Of a DNA stretch of 44,122 nucleotides, positions 7,083 to 15,855 are shown piece after piece. Both the position numbers and the translations under genes were made by a program. How positions within the stretch are numbered: the first letter of the stretch is position 1; every line of letters starts with the position of its first letter. The stretch covers positions 11,368 through 55,489 of the forward strand of contig CAZPRQ010000001.1 of assembly GCA_964589415.1 (NCBI GenBank), given 5' to 3'. The notes below the pieces were generated by a model. That model did not search any database and was not told the origin of the DNA. It saw only the letters and a list, made by a program, of their open reading frames with translations. The stretch is from an uncultured Candidatus Saccharibacteria bacterium (GTDB lineage Bacteria; Patescibacteriota; Doudnabacteria; UBA920).

Positions 7083-8768
7083 TTATTCTAACTTTTTAAT
7101 TACTATTTTGCCGGCAAACCATGGAAAATTATCCTGCCATGAAGGAGTGAGAGTAATGTCTATTGTCTGAATTTCCGGCCTGGAACCGAGCATTTCCTGC
7201 ACATCTGTTTTAGATTTGCCTCTTAATTGCCTGTTCATTTCTGAAATGTCAACGTTATGAATTATTTTACCTTCAAAATGAGCGCTAAACACAGCTTGCT
7301 GGTTTAAAAAATCCACAGACTTTAATTTCAATGACATTTGATTGTCATTGCTAAAATCAAGCAACTTATTTGTTGAAAGAGTACGCTCAATACGCCCCTT
7401 TATTAATTCTTTCATTTGACCGCCATTAAACGCCATTGCCGTAAATTTCACCTTTAAATGGGCTTCGAAACTGGGACTTTCGCTGCCCGCGGGCTTGTCC
7501 GTTGTAAAGCTTAATGGTTCCAATATATAAGTTTTATCTAAAATGACTAAATTTTTAGCTTTGGCCTGCTCCCGGTACTGGCTAACTAATTTCTCCGCTA
7601 AGGAATTTTGCGCGTTTGTTATATCTAGTTCTGAAATTAGGGACAAATAGCGCGAGGTGCCGCCCGTTATGGCGCTTTCGGTTTTAGCATACAAAAATTG
7701 GGGCTTGCTTCCAAAAACCTGATTGGTAATTTCCATTCGGGTACCGGCTGGTACGTTAAAACTTTCCCCACCAGCCGAGGCTATTACCTCAACCGCGGGA
7801 CTTAAGCTTTCGGGGTCAATTTCTTTTGTCGCTTCATTTTTATACTCCGTAGGCTTAATGCCTGTTAAATCCTCGGCGAGCACATAAGTTTTTCCCCCAA
7901 TAGCCAGGGAAGTGGTGTTAGCCTTTAAATTTAAAGGCGCGCGAGTAAAATTGTATATTACAACTTTTCCGTAAGCTTTGTTTCCAACCTCCTTCTTCCC
8001 TTGGCTTTGAAAACGCTCAGTAATTTCCAAAGTTTCACTTATAAAGGTTCCGGGCAATGCCATGCGAGTCTCGTTTTCCGGCTGAGTAATTTGACTGGAT
8101 ACCAATATTTCCGGCCAATCCCTGGTAATAACCTCTGTTTTCGCGTGTACAACAACTTCCGCCCTTGGCAAAATAACAAACATCGCGAGTAAGACTAAAA
8201 TTAGCGACAGTGCTACTAAGGCAGTGAGAACGGTGCTTAACTTCCTACCTGATTTTTTAATGGGCTCGGGATTAGAATTTTTACCACCACTAACGGCACG
8301 GGTGGCTGGATCTGTCGGCCAATCAATAAATTCTTCCTTTTGGACCACCGGAGCGCGGGCGATACTTTTTTCAGTTTTCGACGTAAGTGCCGGCTTGGTA
8401 GTTACAACAGCTGAATTTAAATTTCGCTTAACTACAGTTCCGGACGACGTTAAATTTACGGGCCTTGAAATTTTAACGTCAGAAAACGCCCCTGACACAT
8501 GGCCTTTGGGCAAATATTTTAAACCGAACCCCGCCTCTTTAGCATACATTTGACCCTTCTCATCCATGGTCAAAATAAAAACCTCTTTTTTTAAAAGTTC
8601 AGCCTGTTTTTTTAGAAGTCTTAAATTTATGGAGTCTGAAAATAGCTGGCACTTTCTTGGGCAAACCAAAACCACCTGGCTAGCCTTTTCACGCTTAAGC
8701 CTGGTAACAATACGGTTGACATCGTCCTCTAAATTTATGTAAATACTTGGTAGCCTAGACATACTCAT
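7083..8768 (-). CDS. Hypothetical single-pass membrane protein, 561 aa
   Basis: Long ORF with ATG start. Cytoplasmic N-terminal domain, one hydrophobic helix (LSTVLTALVALSLILVLLAMFVIL), then a large extracytoplasmic beta-rich region. No motif I can name. Confidence 0.75.
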   Translation of the reverse strand: MSMSRLPSIYINLEDDVNRIVTRLKREKASQVVLVCPRKCQLFSDSINLRLLKKQAELLKKEVFILTMDEKGQMYAKEAGFGLKYLPKGHVSGAFSDVKISRPVNLTSSGTVVKRNLNSAVVTTKPALTSKTEKSIARAPVVQKEEFIDWPTDPATRAVSGGKNSNPEPIKKSGRKLSTVLTALVALSLILVLLAMFVILPRAEVVVHAKTEVITRDWPEILVSSQITQPENETRMALPGTFISETLEITERFQSQGKKEVGNKAYGKVVIYNFTRAPLNLKANTTSLAIGGKTYVLAEDLTGIKPTEYKNEATKEIDPESLSPAVEVIASAGGESFNVPAGTRMEITNQVFGSKPQFLYAKTESAITGGTSRYLSLISELDITNAQNSLAEKLVSQYREQAKAKNLVILDKTYILEPLSFTTDKPAGSESPSFEAHLKVKFTAMAFNGGQMKELIKGRIERTLSTNKLLDFSNDNQMSLKLKSVDFLNQQAVFSAHFEGKIIHNVDISEMNRQLRGKSKTDVQEMLGSRPEIQTIDITLTPSWQDNFPWFAGKIVIKKLE

Positions 8769-8839
8769 TTATGCGTGTTATCTACACACATTCTAGGCCT
8801 TTTTTAAGAGCTTAGCAAGAAATATATTTTTCTCAAGAA

Positions 8840-10006
8840 CTATAACAGCCCTTTACTTTTCAGCCTTTTATCGAAAGATATAATTTTACTGTTTTCCACC
8901 TGGGGTTGGTTAAACGGGTCCACACCTCTTAAAACGGATGAATACACAGCAAAAAGCTGCCAAAACGCGGTAAATGGTCCAATCTCTTGGGCATTAAAAC
9001 CGTTAATTTCTACATGTGCAAAAGGAATACCGGCAATGCGCGCGTCCTCCATAGTGCCATCTGCCTCAAAATGCATGCTGTCTGCCAAACGAATCTGGTC
9101 CATATTTTTTAGCTGGCCGGACTTAATCCACACCTCATGAACCGGATTCGGGTAAGTAATCATAGTGTCATGTACAAATGAGTCTGTAGTTACAAAGCAG
9201 CCGCATATATTTTTTGGGCCGCCAAAAAAACGCTGATTTGTGTGATGCTGGCTTTCCGGCCCTTCGTGCGCGAAATAGGTTTGCCCCCTGCCTGACTTTC
9301 CAAAACTTTCATGGCACAGCTGGACAATTAACGCGGACATGGGAAAAAGGCTGTGCGAATAAAAAGGCATAAAAACATCGGTGTAACCTTGCTGTTCAAG
9401 CTGCCAAAATACGCTTGCCGCGTGCCAAGCCGGATTATCCTTTCCAAATTGCGCGTACAATTGTGCCGCGCCGTCGTATATGCCCTCAGCGTCCAAACCG
9501 GCTATCATGGCTGGCAATAAAGCCACCTCCGTTAGACCGGAAAAACGTCCGCCAATTGGCGGATGGTTTATAATTTTTCCGCCTAGCTTTTCCACGTACG
9601 CGCGCAAACTGCTATTGGTACCGGTTATGCACAAAATATTGTACCCGCTAAATTGGGAAAGGGCTTCAAAGACCGTTATATTTTCACCGGATTTTGAAAT
9701 TACAATAACTAAAGTTTCCTTTTCCGGCAAACTTAATTTTAACTTGTAAATATAATCCGGATCCGTAGTGCTTAAAAAATATACCTGCTTTACGGCCTGG
9801 CTATTTAAGGCGGAATAATACCCGTAAAAGCTGGTAACACTTCCACCATGTCCAATTATTAAAATATTTTTATACCCGGCGTAGCCCTTTGCCACATCTT
9901 CAATTAATTTAAAATCCGGCACATGGTTTAAAAACCCAACTTCTTGGGGTAAACTGCGGGGATCCATTTCTTCCCACTTAGGACAATTGTGGAATTGTAG
10001 TTTCAT
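8840..10006 (-). CDS. pgi: Glucose-6-phosphate isomerase (short form)
   Basis: SIS-type VIVISKSGENITV, PGI signature 1-like PPIGGRFSGLTEVALLPA, and signature 2-like GVDPFNQPQVENSK. Confidence 0.85.
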   Translation of the reverse strand: MKLQFHNCPKWEEMDPRSLPQEVGFLNHVPDFKLIEDVAKGYAGYKNILIIGHGGSVTSFYGYYSALNSQAVKQVYFLSTTDPDYIYKLKLSLPEKETLVIVISKSGENITVFEALSQFSGYNILCITGTNSSLRAYVEKLGGKIINHPPIGGRFSGLTEVALLPAMIAGLDAEGIYDGAAQLYAQFGKDNPAWHAASVFWQLEQQGYTDVFMPFYSHSLFPMSALIVQLCHESFGKSGRGQTYFAHEGPESQHHTNQRFFGGPKNICGCFVTTDSFVHDTMITYPNPVHEVWIKSGQLKNMDQIRLADSMHFEADGTMEDARIAGIPFAHVEINGFNAQEIGPFTAFWQLFAVYSSVLRGVDPFNQPQVENSKIISFDKRLKSKGLL

Positions 10007-10012
10007 ATAGCT

Positions 10013-10447
10013 TTAATTTTTTGTCTCAGGGAGCAGGTTACAAGCAGGGGTTTTTCTCCCCCTTTTTAAGGGGGAGTTAGAGGGGGTAAGTTCTTTGATT
10101 GTTTTATCGATTTCAAACATTACTCCTTCAATGTTATTCATAATATCAATATTACCAAATCTTACCAAATTTAATCCAAGCGATTTTAAAAATTTTTCTC
10201 TTAAATTATCATACTCAATTGCTTTAGAGCTAAAATGCGAATCTCCATCAGCCTCAAGCACCAATTTGAGTTTAGGACAATAAAAATCAACTATATAATT
10301 CCCAATACTAACCTGCCTTCTAAATTTATAGCCAAGTAATTGATTCTTGCGCAAATAATCCCAAAGGACTATTTCAGGCTGTGATCTGTGGTTCCTCAAA
10401 AACTTTCTTTGCTCAGTTTTTGCTTTGGTATTAAATATTTGGGTCAT
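10013..10447 (-). CDS. DUF559 (Vsr-like endonuclease fold) domain protein
   Basis: PEIVLWDYLRKNQLLGYKFRRQVSIGNYIVDFYCPKLKLVLEADGDSHF...LGLNLVRFGNIDI is a typical DUF559 core. The last ~25 codons read through the left flanking repeat. Confidence 0.85.
   Translation of the reverse strand: MTQIFNTKAKTEQRKFLRNHRSQPEIVLWDYLRKNQLLGYKFRRQVSIGNYIVDFYCPKLKLVLEADGDSHFSSKAIEYDNLREKFLKSLGLNLVRFGNIDIMNNIEGVMFEIDKTIKELTPSNSPLKRGRKTPACNLLPETKN
10056..10087. repeat. Palindromic element family A, left copy (inside the 3' end of the DUF559 ORF)
   Basis: CTCCCCCTTTTTAAGGGGGAGTTAGAGGGGGT resembles the reverse complement of 10449-10482. Confidence 0.7.
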
Positions 10448-10448
10448 T

Positions 10449-10482
10449 AACCCCTCCTAACCTCCCCTTTGAAAAGGGGAGG
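10449..10482. repeat. Palindromic element family A, right copy (between the alaS stop and the DUF559 start)
   Basis: AACCCCTCCTAACCTCCCCTTTGAAAAGGGGAGG. Inverted relative to 10056-10087 and closely similar to the revcomp of 15551-15600. Confidence 0.7.
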
Positions 10483-10491
10483 AACTAGACA

Positions 10492-12396
10492 TCAAGTTAC
10501 TTGCGCTTTAATTCTTCTAATACCCGCACTTGAGGCTTCTTCTTTTTGTATTTTAAATTTACCTATTATTCCGGTATGTTCTACATGCGGTCCGCCGCAC
10601 AACTCACGAGACACGACTTCGTCCGTTTTAGGATCATACGCCGTATAGACTGATACAGTGTCAGGATATTTCTCACCAAAAACGCCAATGGCATCTAACT
10701 TCCGCGCCTCCTCTAAGGACATAATTTCCTTTTTCATAGTCAAATCGCGCTCTACCCAACCGTTAACCAATTTTTCAACTTCTGCAATTTCCTCCGGGGT
10801 CATTTTTTTATCGTGCGTAAAATCAAACCGAGTGCGTTCTTCTGTAATATTACTCCCCTTCTGCCAGACATTCTCACCAATAACTTTACGCAAAGCCGCG
10901 TTCATTAAATGGGTAGCGGTATGGAGCCTGACAATCTTATCCGAATGACTTGCCAGCCCACCCTTAAACTGCCCGGCACTGGCCGTACGGGATAGGTCCT
11001 GGTGTTTTTTGAATTCTGTTTCAAATTCCTTTTTATCTATAACAAAACCGCTTTCCTCTGCTAACTCAGCTGTTACTTCCCAAGGAATACCATAAGTTTG
11101 ATAGACATCGAATGCTTCTTTACCGGTTATTTTTTGGTCTTTTAATATGGATTCGGAATTTTTTATTATTTTAGCCAGCTCTTTAAGCCCCTTTTCAAGA
11201 GTCAATTCAAACTTTTTCTGCTCCGTCTCAATTACGGCAAATATATTTTGTGATCGTTCCACTAATTCTGAATAACTCTCCGCATATATACTCACAACTT
11301 TCCCTACAAGAGCCTGGAGCCAATGACCTTGCAAGTTTAGAAGCTTTCCCATAACCAGAGTTCGACGAATAAGGCGACGTAAAAAGTATCCTCTATCCTT
11401 ATTTGAAGGCTCAATACCGTCTGACACCATAAACACGCTGGCTCTAATGTGATCAGCAATTATTCGAACTTTCTTCACCTCTTCGCCCGTCAGAAGTTCA
11501 TTCCCTCGTCCCAAAGATTCATAAAGCACATCAAACAAAGGCTTGAAGAGATCTGTATCAAAAATTGCTTGCTGGCCGCTTGCAGCCGCTAAAATACGCT
11601 CCAAGCCACCTCCAAAGTCTACATTTTGATTTTCGAGCTTCTTAAAACCATTCTCAGTTTTAACATACTCCATGAAAACGTTGTTGCCAATTTCTAAAAA
11701 ACGACCGCAGTCACAATTAACATGACAAGGCAAGTTGTGGTAAGGAGAACTTTCATGAATTTTAAGATGTTCGCCATAATCCCAAAACATTTCAGAATCG
11801 GGACCACCAGGTTCATTTACCGGCATATGAGATGTTATCCCAGCTCGTGACCACCAATTCTTTTCCTCGGGGTAATAAAATATCCTACCGCTTTGCATTC
11901 CATCACGCTCAGAAAAATCAACAATTTTGGCTTCAATCCCCTTGTTTGAAAATAATCCTTGCCAAATTCCGGCAGACTCCTCATCACGAGGAATTCCAAT
12001 ATCTTCTTTGCCGCGAAATACGGTGACATACAAATATTTTGGATCCAAACCAACATGCTCTGTTAGGAACTCAAACATCCATGAAATTTGCTCCTTTTTA
12101 AAATAATCCCCCAAACTCCAATTTCCGAGCATTTCGAAAAATGTAGTATGCCTATTATCACCAACTTCTTCAACATCCTGAGAACGGAAACACTTTTGTG
12201 AATCTGCAAGACGTGTTCCCTTTGGATGTTTTGCCCCCAACAAATATGGAACCATAGGTTGCATGCCGGACCCAGTAAATAAAGTAGTAGCATCATTCTC
12301 GGGTACCAAAGAAGACGAGGGTATAATAATATGATTTTTAGACTTGAAGAAATTAAGATACTTTTCTCTTAATTCCTGTGCTGTAATTTTAGGCAT
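10492..12396 (-). CDS. alaS: Alanine--tRNA ligase, short form ending after the editing domain
   Basis: N-terminus is ELREKYLNFFKSKNHIIIPSSSLVPENDATTLFTGSGMQPMVPY. Editing-domain motifs HTATHLMNAAL and CGGPHV are present. The ORF stops ~35 aa after CGGPHV. Confidence 0.92.
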   Translation of the reverse strand: MPKITAQELREKYLNFFKSKNHIIIPSSSLVPENDATTLFTGSGMQPMVPYLLGAKHPKGTRLADSQKCFRSQDVEEVGDNRHTTFFEMLGNWSLGDYFKKEQISWMFEFLTEHVGLDPKYLYVTVFRGKEDIGIPRDEESAGIWQGLFSNKGIEAKIVDFSERDGMQSGRIFYYPEEKNWWSRAGITSHMPVNEPGGPDSEMFWDYGEHLKIHESSPYHNLPCHVNCDCGRFLEIGNNVFMEYVKTENGFKKLENQNVDFGGGLERILAAASGQQAIFDTDLFKPLFDVLYESLGRGNELLTGEEVKKVRIIADHIRASVFMVSDGIEPSNKDRGYFLRRLIRRTLVMGKLLNLQGHWLQALVGKVVSIYAESYSELVERSQNIFAVIETEQKKFELTLEKGLKELAKIIKNSESILKDQKITGKEAFDVYQTYGIPWEVTAELAEESGFVIDKKEFETEFKKHQDLSRTASAGQFKGGLASHSDKIVRLHTATHLMNAALRKVIGENVWQKGSNITEERTRFDFTHDKKMTPEEIAEVEKLVNGWVERDLTMKKEIMSLEEARKLDAIGVFGEKYPDTVSVYTAYDPKTDEVVSRELCGGPHVEHTGIIGKFKIQKEEASSAGIRRIKAQVT

Positions 12397-12533
12397 AGCT
12401 AAATTAATTAAAATTGACCAAAATTAAATAAAATTCCATCGCGGATGTCTTCCCATTTTAAATATCAAATGAATATAGGACCCACTAATTCCCAAATTTA
12501 GTCATTAGACATTAGGACTTGATTTAAAATTTG

Positions 12534-13778
12534 TTATTTGGAATTTGTTATTTGCTGCAACGCAGCCTCCATCTGCGGATCTTTACCTGCCGCCACATCC
12601 TCTTCCGTAAGCTTAATCGCGATATCCGGCTCCAGCCCGTCCTTATTTAAATTCTTCCCACCTGGTGTTATCCACTTGGCAATGGTAATCTTTACCGCGC
12701 TACCGTCTTTCAAATCCACCAGCTCCTGAACGCTTCCTTTGCCAAAGGACTTTTCGCCGACTAATGTAGCCAGTTTATAATCATGCAAAGCACCGGACAA
12801 TATTTCAGACGCCGAAGCGCTACCGCCGTTTATGAGAATTACCGTTTTTATTCCCGCCAATCTGGAATTTCCGGCAGAATTAAAATCGTCTTCTCCGTCT
12901 GCTCTTTTTTCCTTAACCACCAGTTTGCCATTTTCCACCCAGTTTGAAGCCAATTCCACCGAGGTGTTTAAATACCCACCCGGATTATTACGCAAATCGA
13001 GCACAATGCCATTGACCGCCTTGGTAAGGGCCTCCTGCGCTGCCTGGTCAAATAATTTTTTGGTATCCGCGCCAAACTTGCTAATACCAATTACCATTAT
13101 TTTTTTGCCGTCAATTTCCTTAATTTCCCATTTCACACTTTTTACTTCTATTTTGTCTCTGGTTATGGAAAACTCCATGGGCTTTTCCTTACCCTCACGT
13201 AAAATAGTAAGTTTGACCTGCGTGCCCTTTGGGCCGCGAATTTCGCTTACCGCTTCCTCCACAGACCATTCCTGAGTGCTCTTTCCATTTACTTCCGCAA
13301 TTATGTCTTTTGGCAAAAGCCCTGCCTTATGGGCCGGCGTACCGTCCAGCGGGGCAACAACCACAATCACGCCTCCACGCCTGGATATTTCGGCCCCAAT
13401 GCCGGTGAACTCTCCCTGTAAATCGGTTTTAAAATTTTCTGACTGCTTGGGTTCAAAAAAATCTGTATATTGGTCACCGGTAGCCTGCACAGCCCCTCGA
13501 ATGGCACCGTACAAAATTTTCTGCTGGTCTACCGGCCGTTCAATGTATTTTGTGTTTACCACGTCTATGGCGTCCCACAAAAGCTGATAATTTACATCTT
13601 TGGGCTGGTTCTGTTGATTTACAATCTTAAACTCTTTTGGCTGAAATACATACCCCTTTTTCCCGGTCTGGAAACCCATGCCAAAAGCAGCAATAATTAA
13701 GAGTAAAATTAATAAAGCGCTGCCCTTAGGCCGCGGTTTTTGCAATTCAGGTTCAGATTGGTTTAATAAATTTTCCAT
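12534..13778 (-). CDS. ctpA: C-terminal processing peptidase, family S41, with PDZ domain
   Basis: N-terminal TM helix. PDZ segment FTGIGAEI...PLDGTPAHKAGLLPKDIIAEVNG. S41 motifs LDLRNNPGGYL and ILINGGSASASEI. Confidence 0.9.
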   Translation of the reverse strand: MENLLNQSEPELQKPRPKGSALLILLLIIAAFGMGFQTGKKGYVFQPKEFKIVNQQNQPKDVNYQLLWDAIDVVNTKYIERPVDQQKILYGAIRGAVQATGDQYTDFFEPKQSENFKTDLQGEFTGIGAEISRRGGVIVVVAPLDGTPAHKAGLLPKDIIAEVNGKSTQEWSVEEAVSEIRGPKGTQVKLTILREGKEKPMEFSITRDKIEVKSVKWEIKEIDGKKIMVIGISKFGADTKKLFDQAAQEALTKAVNGIVLDLRNNPGGYLNTSVELASNWVENGKLVVKEKRADGEDDFNSAGNSRLAGIKTVILINGGSASASEILSGALHDYKLATLVGEKSFGKGSVQELVDLKDGSAVKITIAKWITPGGKNLNKDGLEPDIAIKLTEEDVAAGKDPQMEAALQQITNSK

Positions 13779-13816
13779 GATAAATAATTACAGCTAATAT
13801 AAAAACAGTATACCAG

Positions 13817-13850
13817 AAAAAAAGCCCGACTCAAAGCTTTTCAGGCGGGA
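13817..13850 (-). terminator. Probable terminator after the glycan operon
   Basis: On the minus strand, an imperfect CCCGCC...GTCGGGC hairpin is followed by TTTTTTT (A-run 13817-13823 on plus). Confidence 0.5.
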
Positions 13851-13856
13851 ATGCCT

Positions 13857-14762
13857 TTATTTGCTTACCCTCGGCTCCGCTTTAAACATGTTAATAAAAG
13901 TCAAAAATGCCAGCCTGCCGTAAATTCCAAGCCATACAAACCAATTTAAGAAAAAAGGATACCGCGTTTTATAGTGCTTGCGGTAAAAAATCCACATGGA
14001 ATCATGAAACCACCTTAAAGCCAGGAAAGGGATTTTTTTGGATGATTCTCCTTTGTAGTGCAGCGCTTGGGCTTTAGGACAGTACCACACTTTATACCCC
14101 GCAAATTTAGCCCGCCAGCAATAATCCAAATCCTCACCGTACATAAAAAAGTCTTCGTCCAAAAGCCCAATATGACTAAACAGCTCGCGGCGAATAAGCA
14201 TAAAAGCACCTACCACGCTGTCAACTTCCATTTCCATATCCTCAGGCAAATTGGAATAATTGTAATTTGAAGTATTTTTTAAAAACAGCCTGGCAAAACC
14301 GCTCCATGGATTTGGAAACCTGCGTCGGCAAGCTAAATCCAGACTGCCATCCGCCTTTAGCAGCTTGCAGCCGGAAATCCCTATTTCAGGGCGCCTTTCC
14401 ATTAGCTCAATCATTATACTCAAAGTATTAGGAAATACTTCCGTATCGGGATTTAAAAGCAGAATATAGCGTCCTTTGGCCTGGTTTATTCCAATATTAT
14501 TTCCGCTAGCAAAACCGGTATTGCCGTTTCGTATGGCGGTTACAAAAAAACCTTGTTCCTTCAAATCGCGAAATTCAGCATTAAGCCATTCATAAGTGCC
14601 GTCGCCCGAGCCGTTATCGACCACAATAACTTCGCCAAAATATTTCTTGGACTGAGCCGTCTTGCTAAAAACAACGTCCTCGCTAGACCACAAGGATGGC
14701 AAAAGCACGCTCAAGTGTTTTTTAGATTTATACGCGAGAATAACTACGGAAATGTCCACCAT
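13857..14762 (-). CDS. Family 2 glycosyltransferase
   Basis: VVILAYKSKKHL...VVDNGSGDGT...NTGFASGNNIGINQAKGRYILLLNPDTEV...DEDFFMYGEDLDYCWR are typical GT2 (rhamnosyltransferase-like) motifs. Confidence 0.88.
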   Translation of the reverse strand: MVDISVVILAYKSKKHLSVLLPSLWSSEDVVFSKTAQSKKYFGEVIVVDNGSGDGTYEWLNAEFRDLKEQGFFVTAIRNGNTGFASGNNIGINQAKGRYILLLNPDTEVFPNTLSIMIELMERRPEIGISGCKLLKADGSLDLACRRRFPNPWSGFARLFLKNTSNYNYSNLPEDMEMEVDSVVGAFMLIRRELFSHIGLLDEDFFMYGEDLDYCWRAKFAGYKVWYCPKAQALHYKGESSKKIPFLALRWFHDSMWIFYRKHYKTRYPFFLNWFVWLGIYGRLAFLTFINMFKAEPRVSK

Positions 14763-14768
14763 AATATA

Positions 14769-15839
14769 TTATACCGGCTTAATCTTAAATTTTTGTGCGA
14801 ATTTTCTTTTCTTCCACATTAAAGTAATTTTACTCAGCATCTCTGGCAGTACCCGCAGGGTTGAAATTTCAAACAGCACTACATACAAAAACATGGCGAA
14901 TTCTCGAACAAAAAACTGCGGATAAAACCACGGGGAATTTTTTATATACATAAAGATATGGTTTTTGTAATTTAACTGCCTTATTTTTTCGGGAATTTTA
15001 CTGTGATGAGCTATGAATCCTAAAACATCTTTGTACCCGCCTTTCGAAGACCCGGCCGTACGTCCGTGATAGCCAATCGCGCTCGGAACAAACACATGCT
15101 TCCAACCTTTATTTGTCATTCGCCAGCTTAAATCCACATCCTCCCAATACGAATGGAAATCTTCATCGAAATATTCATAGTGGTTAGCGTTTAGCGGATA
15201 GCTTATAGCCTGCAAAGTCGAAGCACGGTACATAGCGCCAGCACCTGAGACCGCGTCAACAAAAATTGATGCGTCAAATTGCCCCCTATCTTCTTCGTGC
15301 TGTCCCCTGTCCCTCGCCCGCCCCGATTTGCTTATACTGACTCCTGTTGTATCCAAAACACAAGGGGAATCCTTGTGCCGCACAAGGATTCCCCTTGTGG
15401 GCGCGTCATCATGTTTTTGAATCTTTAAATCTTTAAATTGATACAGTTTCCCCGTCGCCGCCCCCACTTTCCCGTCCTCAAATACCTTTAGCATCTCTTC
15501 TATGTAATTCGGCTCTAAAATTAGGTCCGGGTTCACAAGCTGAAAAAATTCAACCTCTCCCCCATCCCTCCCCTCATGAGGGAAGGGATTAAGGGAGGGG
15601 TTGCAGTATCTATCGAATACCAAATTATGGCCTTTTGCAAAACCAATATTATATCCCGGATCTATTATTTCGACGTTAGGGAATTTTGACGCAAGTAACT
15701 CTTTTGAGCCGTCATTATTTCCGGAAATTACAGCTACAACATTAAAATCCTTGAAAGTCTGGTTAAAAATAGCCGAAAACACCGGTTCAATCCACTGGCG
15801 GTTATTGTATATTACTTGGACTATGGTAACTTTTGACAT
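14769..15839 (-). CDS. Family 2 glycosyltransferase carrying two in-frame palindromic-element insertions
   Basis: GT2 motifs: IVQVIYNN, NIGFAKGHN, LVNPDLILEP, DEDFHSYWEDVDLSWR. These are interrupted by peptide segments CNPSLNPFPHEGRDGGEVE and APTRGILVRHKDSPCV, each encoded by palindromic DNA. Confidence 0.85.
   Translation of the reverse strand: MSKVTIVQVIYNNRQWIEPVFSAIFNQTFKDFNVVAVISGNNDGSKELLASKFPNVEIIDPGYNIGFAKGHNLVFDRYCNPSLNPFPHEGRDGGEVEFFQLVNPDLILEPNYIEEMLKVFEDGKVGAATGKLYQFKDLKIQKHDDAPTRGILVRHKDSPCVLDTTGVSISKSGRARDRGQHEEDRGQFDASIFVDAVSGAGAMYRASTLQAISYPLNANHYEYFDEDFHSYWEDVDLSWRMTNKGWKHVFVPSAIGYHGRTAGSSKGGYKDVLGFIAHHSKIPEKIRQLNYKNHIFMYIKNSPWFYPQFFVREFAMFLYVVLFEISTLRVLPEMLSKITLMWKKRKFAQKFKIKPV
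15359..15399. repeat. Palindromic element family B, copy inside the GT2 CDS
   Basis: Perfect 19-bp arms CACAAGGGGAATCCTTGTG / CACAAGGATTCCCCTTGTG around a CCG loop. Related to 27824-27866. Confidence 0.85.
15551..15600. repeat. Palindromic element family A, solo copy inside the GT2 CDS
   Basis: CAACCTCTCCCCCATCCCTCCCCTCATGAGGGAAGGGATTAAGGGAGGGG. Continuing into 15601-15602, its revcomp (AACCCCTCCCTTAATCCCTTCCCTCATGAGGGGAGG...) aligns with 10449-10482 (AACCCCTCCTAACCTCCCCTTTGAAAAGGGGAGG). Confidence 0.75.
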
Positions 15840-15855
15840 AATTAAATTTTAGGGC

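Noticed and set aside
11832-12296. Short ORFs (64-77 aa) within alaS
   Set aside because: They are alternative-frame or antisense ORFs inside a confidently identified AlaRS gene.
12832-13587. Plus-strand ORFs of 147 and 103 aa
   Set aside because: They are antisense to the well-supported S41 peptidase gene and have a Ser/Leu-rich shadow composition.
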